Under the pieces are notes generated by a model that did no database searches, was not told where the DNA came from, and saw only the letters and a list, made by a program, of their open reading frames with translations. Of a DNA stretch of 39,304 nt, positions 33,077-39,304 are shown in pieces; positions within the stretch are counted from its first letter, which is position 1, and every line of letters starts with the position of its first letter. Position numbers and translations under genes: made by a program. The DNA comes from Myxococcota bacterium (GTDB lineage Bacteria > Myxococcota_A > UBA796 > CAJQPC01): positions 1 through 39,304 of the forward strand of contig DASCPX010000203.1 in NCBI GenBank assembly GCA_036012755.1. The letters are read 5' to 3'.

Positions 33077-34005
33077 ACGACGAACAGAAACGCACCCAGG
33101 ACAACCTCAGCGCGGTCGCTCGCCAGCTGCTGGCCGAAGACAAGCCCCAAGCGGCGCCCTCAGGCCTCAAGCAGAAGCTGAAGAAGTGGGGGCCGGTCGG
33201 AGCCTTGGTGCTCTTCGCCTTTGGCAAGTTCAAGTGGCTCATCGCGGGACTGAAGTTCGCCAAGCTGGGCTCGCTGCTGACGATGCTGCTGGCGGTGGTG
33301 GTCTACGCCCAGTTCTTCGGCTGGCCCTTCGCCGTCGGCTTCGTGCTGCTCATCTTCGTCCACGAGATGGGCCACGCCCTCGCGATGCGACAGCAGGGTC
33401 TGCGTGCCGGAGTGCCTGTCTTCATTCCCTTCGTCGGCGCCGTCATCGCGATGAAGGACCTCCCGAAGAACGCCTGGGTCGAGGCGGTCGTCGGGATCGG
33501 CGGGCCATTTCTGGGCACCGTCGGCGCGGCCATCACCTTCGGCCTGGCGATGGCCTTCCAGAGCGATCTCCTCTACGCGCTGGCCAGCGTTGGTTTCTTG
33601 ATCAACCTCTTCAACATGATCCCCTTGTCCCCGCTGGACGGGGGACGCATCGTCGGTGTCTTCGGGCGCTGGATGTGGGTCCTGGGCTACCTCATCGCCG
33701 GGATCGTGCTCCTGGTCACCTGGTCGCCGATCCTGATCCTGATCCTCCTGATGGGCCTGATGAACCTCAAGCGCATCCTCAAGCCCCCGCCCGGGTACAA
33801 CGACGTGGAGACCTGGCGGCGCGCGACAATGGCCGTGGCCTACTTCGCCGGAATCGGCATCATGGTCGGCGGGATGATCGCCGCGGATGCAAACCTGGAG
33901 CACATCCGCCCAGTCGAGGCCTTCGCCCTCTGGGGTGGGGCTGCAGCGCCGGCCTTTGGGGGCCTGATAGGCTCCCGGCCATGGAAGCGCTCGTTGCGGC
34001 CCTAG
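33073..34005 (+). CDS. Site-2 protease (peptidase M50)
   Basis: HEMGH, 'GGPFLG' and 'NLFNMIPLSPLDGGRI'. ATGA coupling at 33073. Confidence 0.92.
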   Translation: MNDEQKRTQDNLSAVARQLLAEDKPQAAPSGLKQKLKKWGPVGALVLFAFGKFKWLIAGLKFAKLGSLLTMLLAVVVYAQFFGWPFAVGFVLLIFVHEMGHALAMRQQGLRAGVPVFIPFVGAVIAMKDLPKNAWVEAVVGIGGPFLGTVGAAITFGLAMAFQSDLLYALASVGFLINLFNMIPLSPLDGGRIVGVFGRWMWVLGYLIAGIVLLVTWSPILILILLMGLMNLKRILKPPPGYNDVETWRRATMAVAYFAGIGIMVGGMIAADANLEHIRPVEAFALWGGAAAPAFGGLIGSRPWKRSLRP

Positions 34006-34796
34006 GCGTCCTCCTCGGCTTCGGTATGGCCCTCGTTGCCTACCGTTTCCATGGATTCCGAAAGCAGGCCCTCTTGGACCTGGAGCGTGCGAGAGAGCGC
34101 ATCGGCGTTCTCGACGTTCAGGTCTTCCATACGATGAAGGACCGCGACAGCACGGTCAAGCGCATCCAGAACCGCGCGGCCGAGGAGAAGAAGTTCGGCC
34201 ACCGGGACCTCGCGTTCGAGCTCCTGGAGGTCATCGACAACCTCGACCGCTCGCTGGAGCACACGGACGCCGAGGCCTTCGTCCAGGGCATCGAGATGAT
34301 CCGGCAACAGCTCGGTACCGCCCTGCAACGCCACGGGGTGGAGAGTGTCGACGCGCTCGGAGAGCACTTCGATCCGCGCCTTCACGAGGTGGTCGAGACC
34401 GAGGAGTCGATCGAGGCCCAGGACACCGTGCTGCACGAGTGGGTCCGCGGCTACACGATCAACGACCGCGTGCTGCGCGCCGCGAAGGTCGTCATCGCGG
34501 TGCCCCCGGGGTCCAAGGTCGAGGAGGCGGAAGAGCTCGTCGAGGAGGCGGAAGAGCTCGTCGAGGAGGCCCCTCCCGAAGAGGCCCCGCCCGAAGAGGC
34601 CCCCGTCGAGGAGACCCTGGACGAGCCGGTGATCGTCCAGGACAGCGACGACGCCGTCGAGCACGTCGTCACGCTCGACCGCCCGCTCGCAGAGCTCGAG
34701 GAGGATGACCTGGCTTCGACCGAGGTCATCGACGACGACATCCTCGAGGAGATCACCGAGGAGCTACCGCAGATGAACCTCGAGATCGAAGAGTAG
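33981..34796 (+). CDS. grpE: GrpE nucleotide exchange factor homolog with N-terminal TM helix and acidic tail
   Basis: 'ELLEVIDNLDRSL', 'GIEMIRQQL..AL..HGV', 'GEHFDPRLHEVV' and 'RGYTINDRVLRAAKVVIA'. N-terminus MEALVAALGVLLGFGMALVAY. Confidence 0.85.
   Translation: MEALVAALGVLLGFGMALVAYRFHGFRKQALLDLERARERIGVLDVQVFHTMKDRDSTVKRIQNRAAEEKKFGHRDLAFELLEVIDNLDRSLEHTDAEAFVQGIEMIRQQLGTALQRHGVESVDALGEHFDPRLHEVVETEESIEAQDTVLHEWVRGYTINDRVLRAAKVVIAVPPGSKVEEAEELVEEAEELVEEAPPEEAPPEEAPVEETLDEPVIVQDSDDAVEHVVTLDRPLAELEEDDLASTEVIDDDILEEITEELPQMNLEIEE
34518..34601. repeat. 21-bp and 15-bp tandem repeats in the acidic tail of grpE
   Basis: GTCGAGGAGGCGGAAGAGCTC x2.5 (VEEAEEL), then GCCCC(T/G)CCCGAAGAG x2 (APPEE). 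Confidence 0.85.
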
Positions 34797-34897
34797 TCCG
34801 ACGCCACTCCAGGGCTACAGCGATTCCAGCTGGCGTCTGGGGAGACGCGAAGAGTAGACTTGCGGTCCGGCTGCCCAGGACGGCACGGCGTCACAAG

Positions 34898-35990
34898 ATG
34901 GACCCACGTCAGGCTCGCGCCAGCAGCATGTTCCAGCTCGCCCGAGTAGCGGAAGAGGACATCGACGACAAGGAGAAGGCGCGAGTCGAGCGAGCCATTC
35001 GACGCGACAACGCGCAGAAGTACTACCAGCGGGGCGAGACGGCGCGGCTGGCCGAGGACTGGGACGAGGCGTTGAAGTGCTTCGAGGGCGCGCTGGCGGA
35101 TTCGCGTCGGACTGACGATCGGTCTGGTCTTGGCGACCCTGGGCTACATCGCCCCCCAGCTCGAGTGGGAGCCACCAGTCGACCTCGCAGAACGCTACGC
35201 GGCCGTGGGGCCCTTCGAGCGCCTGAACAAGGCTCGGGGCGTCGACTGGTCGGGGAGCCTCGTAGAGGGCTTCGCCGAGCTGTCGGCCGGAGAGCGGGAC
35301 GCTCGCTGCCGCAGCATCGTCGATGTCCTACCCGGCATCATCGAGATCGAGGACCGAGCGGCGGCCGAGTCCGTCTCCGCCGACCTGGCGTCGGGGAGCG
35401 CCCCTCCTCCACTGTTGTCGATGCCAGCGACCACCCTGAGCTCTGCCAGGCAGCGCTTTGGCGAGGCGAAGCAGTCCCCTGTGGAGGACTCCAAGGTGCG
35501 GGCTGCGGCGGAGGAGCTGCGCAAGCGCAACGCCGAGCGCTACTACCACCGCGGCGTCAACGCCAGGCGCATGGAGATGTGGCAGGAGGCTGTCGCTTGC
35601 TTCGAGGGCGCCGTCCGCATCGACGCGACCAACGCCGAGTACACAGAGGCCCTGGCGGATGCACAGGACCACCTGAAGGCCGTCGATACGATCAAGGCGA
35701 AGAGGGCGGAGACCACCGAGACCACCGGGATCCTCGCCGGCCTGCGGGACCAGATCACCGTGGACAAGCGACTGCTCGGCGTGGCGGTCGGTGTCGTCAT
35801 CGTGGGACTGGTGTTGTCGATCTGGCGCATGCTGCCAGAACCGACCCCCCCGACGCCGGCTGAGATCACGCTGATCGAAGAGCTCGGCATCTTCGCCAGC
35901 CTGGAGGAGGTCGAGGGGGTGGGCTGGCGCGCGACCATCAACGAGTCGCTGTCAGACGATCCGCGGAAAGCGACCGATGCGCGGTGGGGC
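34898..35990 (+). pseudogene. Duplicated TPR-TM protein(s), frameshifted near 35096 and lacking a proper stop
   Basis: Two homologous TPR-like units (RRDNAQKYYQRG...WDEALKCFEGAL and RKRNAERYYHRG...WQEAVACFEGAV), each followed by a TM segment and a 'GV.W' domain. Removing one G at 35096 gives ALRI. The reading frame runs into the convergent gene; the end coordinate is approximate. Confidence 0.5.
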
Positions 35991-36770
35991 GGCGAGGCAG
36001 ACGATGCTGCGCAGGCCCCAAGGCGAGGGCTGGGCCGTCATCGTGCCCCCGTCCGACTCGACGCGCTCCTTCAGCGCCCGGTAGGCGAGCACCGCGCGGT
36101 GCTTGCTGGCCGTGCCCTCCAGGAGCGCTCGCTGAGCCTTCTCGGGGAGGCGGCCGCTGCGGTCCTCGACGACGAGCCAGAGCCCGGACTCTCCCTGGGC
36201 GAGGAAGACATGTACGCAGGACATCGCCTGGCGCTTCTTGGCGTTCTTCAGGGCCTCTTTGAGGAGGACCTCCATGACGTCGGCGAGCACCTGTCCGTCC
36301 CCGAAGACCTGGCCCTCGCGAATGTCGAGCACGATGGGCACGGCCTCCTTGCGGTAGGTCTTCATCGCCTCTCGCAGCTTCGCCATGGCCAAGGCCTGGG
36401 CGTTGGTCCTGCCGCGCAACGCGGGCAGCCGAACGGGCGGGGCGGCCTCTGCGACGAGGATGCCGACGATCTCCGGACCCTCCTGCACGAGCAGGGGGCG
36501 ATGGTCGGGCAACATCATCGCCGAGAGATCGCCGGAGACGATGAGTCCGTCGCTTCCGCCAGGCAGCATGTCCAGCATCAGGTCGGGGTCGGCCCGCAGG
36601 ACCTGGCTCGAGCGGAAGACCCGAGCGCGGTCCCCCGAGCCGCCGCGGACGGCGAGATGGCAGACGACGCCGGAGAGCCGGGAGAGCACGTCCCGAACGC
36701 TCTCCGCACCCCAGGCAGTGACGACCTCCCCGAGGGGGAGGTGCGAAATGGTGACTTCGGTGGCTTCCAC
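35952..36770 (-). CDS. Protein with degenerate C-terminal HATPase_c (GHKL)-like domain
   Basis: 'LADVMEVLLKEALKNA' (N-box-like), 'LWLVVEDRSG' (G1-like) and 'VESDGGTM'. No G2 glycines and no H-box. Start (GTG 36770) is uncertain. Confidence 0.55.
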   Translation of the reverse strand: MEATEVTISHLPLGEVVTAWGAESVRDVLSRLSGVVCHLAVRGGSGDRARVFRSSQVLRADPDLMLDMLPGGSDGLIVSGDLSAMMLPDHRPLLVQEGPEIVGILVAEAAPPVRLPALRGRTNAQALAMAKLREAMKTYRKEAVPIVLDIREGQVFGDGQVLADVMEVLLKEALKNAKKRQAMSCVHVFLAQGESGLWLVVEDRSGRLPEKAQRALLEGTASKHRAVLAYRALKERVESDGGTMTAQPSPWGLRSIVCLAAPPRIGRFPRIV

Positions 36771-36933
36771 GAACCGTGAATCGGATCGGCAGCGCGTGCG
36801 CGATAGGCCCTCGATCGATCCGCTCCGCCTGACGCTGCTGCGAGGGTTGATAGCGGGTTGAAACCACGATCCTCCTCCGGTGGCGGTTCTGAGAGATGGA
36901 GGCACCGCAGCCTCCTGCCACCCGGAGCCCGTC

Positions 36934-37587
36934 ATGAAGCGCATCACCCCCCTCGCCGCCCTCGCCATCCTCGTCGGCTGCTCGGATCTCGAGCAGGAAG
37001 AGGTCCTCACCCTCGACGCCATGGACCAGAGCCTGACCAAGGCCCTCGACGACCAGGAAGCCGAGGAGCCGGTCCTCATGGACCTCGACGTCGAAGAGCT
37101 CGACAACAGCGAGCTCGACGACGAGGACACCCGGCGCGAGAACATCCGCCGTGCCCTCCGACGCCTCGCAGAGGACGAGCCCTGCGCCATCCGCGGCGTC
37201 GTGGCCGGTCGCTACCAACCCGCGGAGCTGGAGGACGCCGACGGTGTCTTCGCCGGCCGAGCCTTCCGCAAGGACCAGGAGCTGGTCGCCAAGGGCGCGG
37301 GCACCTACGCCGGCGAGGGCGGCTTCGGCGAGTTCGACGGCGAGTACGTCAACTTCGAGCGCGACACCGGCATCGTCAGCGGACGCTACGGCCACATCCA
37401 CGATGACGAGCGCATGCTCGGGCTCTTCGACGGCGAGTGGGACCCCACCGACGAGACCATCGAAGGCGGCAACATGCGCGGTGTCTGGCACCCGCTGAAG
37501 GAGGCCTCGGGCGGCATGTTCGTCGGCTACTACAGCCGCTGTGACCTCGACCCACGCCACCTCGAGGAGAGCAACGCGAGCGAGTAG
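36934..37587 (+). CDS. Hypothetical lipoprotein with Gly/aromatic beta-strand repeats
   Basis: Canonical signal MKRITPLAALAILVGC, GGAG RBS, repeated G.F.G..(Y/W) strands. Confidence 0.8.
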   Translation: MKRITPLAALAILVGCSDLEQEEVLTLDAMDQSLTKALDDQEAEEPVLMDLDVEELDNSELDDEDTRRENIRRALRRLAEDEPCAIRGVVAGRYQPAELEDADGVFAGRAFRKDQELVAKGAGTYAGEGGFGEFDGEYVNFERDTGIVSGRYGHIHDDERMLGLFDGEWDPTDETIEGGNMRGVWHPLKEASGGMFVGYYSRCDLDPRHLEESNASE

Positions 37588-38724
37588 ATCCAGATCAGCG
37601 CGGGGGCCCCCGGGCCCCCACAGCCACAGCCCGCCGAGCCCAACAGGGAGCGCCCCCCCGGCGCCCCGTCGAGGGCCGGCGGGCTCGTGTCGTCCTGGTC
37701 CGGAAGGTCGCTGTCCGCGACGCAGGGCGGCTCGAGCAGGCGGTAGATCCAGCGGGCGGCGTCAGCTCGGACCAGGTCGTCGTCGGGACAGTAGTGGTCC
37801 GCCTCGCAGGCCTCGGCGACGCACTCGACCAGCAGGGCCTCCACGTAGGGCGCCCAGGTCTCGTCGACGTCCGTGAAGCTCCGACCGCCCGGGTCCTCGA
37901 GGGCCCAGCTGCGCGAGCACGGCCAGCACCTCGTCGTCGTCCACCATGTCCGCGAAGTGCCCCGCGCCGTCGACCGGAAGGGCGAAGCAGCCCTCCTCGA
38001 CCAGGCAATGGCCCGCCTCGCCGGAGCCGCTGGCGACCACTCCCCAGTGGTTCGCGACCGAGCGCATGGAGCCATCGCTGGGTTCGTTGAGCGCTCCGGA
38101 GCCCTCGACCCAGAAGGTGCTGGAGCCGCCGCCGTCGAGGTTGAAGGCCTGCCAGGCACCCAGCGCTCCCATGAGCTCCGCGAGCTCGGCCCCGTACATC
38201 CCCGAGCTGCGGGTGGAGCGGCCGTCGACCACAGCGAAGATCAGCGTCCTGCGGTCCACGGAGAGCCCCATCGCCGTGCGCGGATGGCGGTCGCGCATGT
38301 CAGAACGATCCGGGAAGCAGTCGCTGTCGGTCGGGGAGACGCAGGTGTAGACCTCTCCCCCGTAGACGAGCTGGGGGAAGCCGCTGACCAGCGCGAGCGT
38401 GTCGTCGTCGACGCCGAGCTGGTCCAGGGGCCAGCGCTCACCCCCGCCCACGGCGTCGCCGTAGACCGAGGTGCTCGAGTAGAAGTCGCCGTTGACGGCG
38501 AGCTGGGCGCCGACATCTTCAGCCCAGGCGCCGGCGGTCTGTCGGGAGCTCGGCGCCTCGGTGGCGAGGACCGAGATCCCGGCGGCGCAGAGATCGATCT
38601 CCGCGACGAAGACGTCGTTGTCCGGGTCATCCCACCGCTGCTGCCGCACGACCACGCCGACGAAGGGCTCCTGCACGTCCTCCGAGACGAAGGTCGAGGC
38701 CAGGACGTGGGTGATGAGGAGCAC
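37530..38724 (-). pseudogene. Phosphodiester glycosidase (NAGPA/DUF2233) + SLH-like domain + MYXO-CTERM-like tail, +1 frameshift near 37904-37906
   Basis: 'AVNGDFY', 'RHPRTAMG', 'VVDGRS' and 'AFNLDGGGSS' are in the first frame. After removing one G: 'SFTDVDETWAPYVEAL...YCPDDDLVRADAARWIYR' (SLH) and a 'GCGCGG...ALIWIYSLALL..RWR' tail. Start is 38724 or 38739. Confidence 0.75.
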
Positions 38725-38747
38725 CTCCGCACCGCACACTCGGAGCC

Positions 38748-39071
38748 GTGAGCGGACGCTTCTACTGCGAGAGCTGCAGCCACCGGCAGGAGCTCGTCGG
38801 GGACAGCCCGAAGTGCGAGGACGAGCCGCTGCTCGACCTGGATGACGGCGAGGTGCGGTTGATGCTCAGGGAGATCGACGCGGCCACCATCCGACGTCGC
38901 AACTACACGATCGGTGCCATCTCTGCGGTGGTCGCGATCGCCCCCGCGGTGGCGCTGTCGTTCTTCAGCCGAACCCCCGGTGCCGTCCCAGTTGTCTGGG
39001 TCGGAATCTCCATCGGGCTGGCCTGGGTCGGAACGAAGATCTTGGGCGCCAAAGCTCAACATCCGGTGTGA
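38748..39071 (+). CDS. Small membrane protein with N-terminal zinc-ribbon-like motif
   Basis: CESC...C-x4-LLDL followed by two hydrophobic helices; GGAG RBS. Confidence 0.65.
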   Translation: MSGRFYCESCSHRQELVGDSPKCEDEPLLDLDDGEVRLMLREIDAATIRRRNYTIGAISAVVAIAPAVALSFFSRTPGAVPVVWVGISIGLAWVGTKILGAKAQHPV

Positions 39072-39149
39072 TTGCTAGGGCATCTCCAGAGGGAGCTGGT
39101 TGACTTGTCAACAGAGTTGTCCCCGCCTGTGGACAGCTGGTCGCCACCT

Positions 39150-39304
39150 TCATGGTGGCCCCACCACCACCACCCTGTCGGGCCAGGACCAGACCATCAC
39201 GTCCCCGACCTGCTTCACCGTTGCCGGGGCCTCCGGTGCGTGGATCAGCCGCAGGTGGCAGCACCGACACAGGGTGATCTGCCGCTCCGGGGCGTCATCG
39301 CCCC
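39150..39304 (-). CDS. 3' end of an HNH endonuclease-like gene entering from beyond the window
   Basis: Manual translation from 39302: GDDAPERQITLCRCCHLRLIHAPEAPATVKQVGDVMVWSWPDRVVVVGPP*. This matches the HNH tail 'GG.D...NL.TLC..CH...H'. Not in the ORF track. Confidence 0.6.
   Translation of the reverse strand, partial: GDDAPERQITLCRCCHLRLIHAPEAPATVKQVGDVMVWSWPDRVVVVGPP

Noticed and set aside
37598..37620. GGGGGCCCCC palindrome after the lipoprotein stop
   Set aside because: It lies within the coding tail of the convergent gene, has no U-tract and is likely a chance GC palindrome.

Overview
GC-rich bacterial chromosomal segment, most likely Myxococcota. This is inferred from MYXO-CTERM-like C-termini, MopE-type DCDD repeats and an AgmX/PglI-type TonB-C domain. 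The left edge is the left end of an IS66-family element (terminal repeat plus tnpA start) and the right edge is the 3' end of an HNH-type gene; the supplied ORF track missed both. Core content: (i) a tightly coupled minus-strand cluster of GT2 glycosyltransferase, Nuc-like single-HKD PLD lipoprotein, ComEA-type HhH domain fused to a putative outer-membrane beta-barrel, triple lamin-tail MYXO-CTERM protein and MopE-repeat lipoprotein. This is the best candidate for an undescribed system (extracellular DNA capture/degradation/import). (ii) prkA(yeaG)-yeaH-spoVR plus a coupled fourth gene. (iii) An HhH lipoprotein, hpt and a thioredoxin-like gene. (iv) An M23 peptidase divergent from a 4-gene operon containing two apparent pseudoenzymes. 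(v) lgt, an acyltransferase, two sensor kinases, an aldo-keto reductase and an FG-GAP/MopE protein. (vi) An ExbD-ExbD-TonB-C fusion. (vii) A site-2 protease and a membrane-anchored GrpE. (viii) A phosphodiester glycosidase-SLH-MYXO-CTERM protein. Window-wide patterns are ultra-short uncharged signal peptides, -10 hexamers placed for leaderless transcription, and three +1 frameshifts in short homopolymers (possible consensus errors). All product calls come from motif recognition by eye; no database searches were run. No rRNA, tRNA or CRISPR array was seen.
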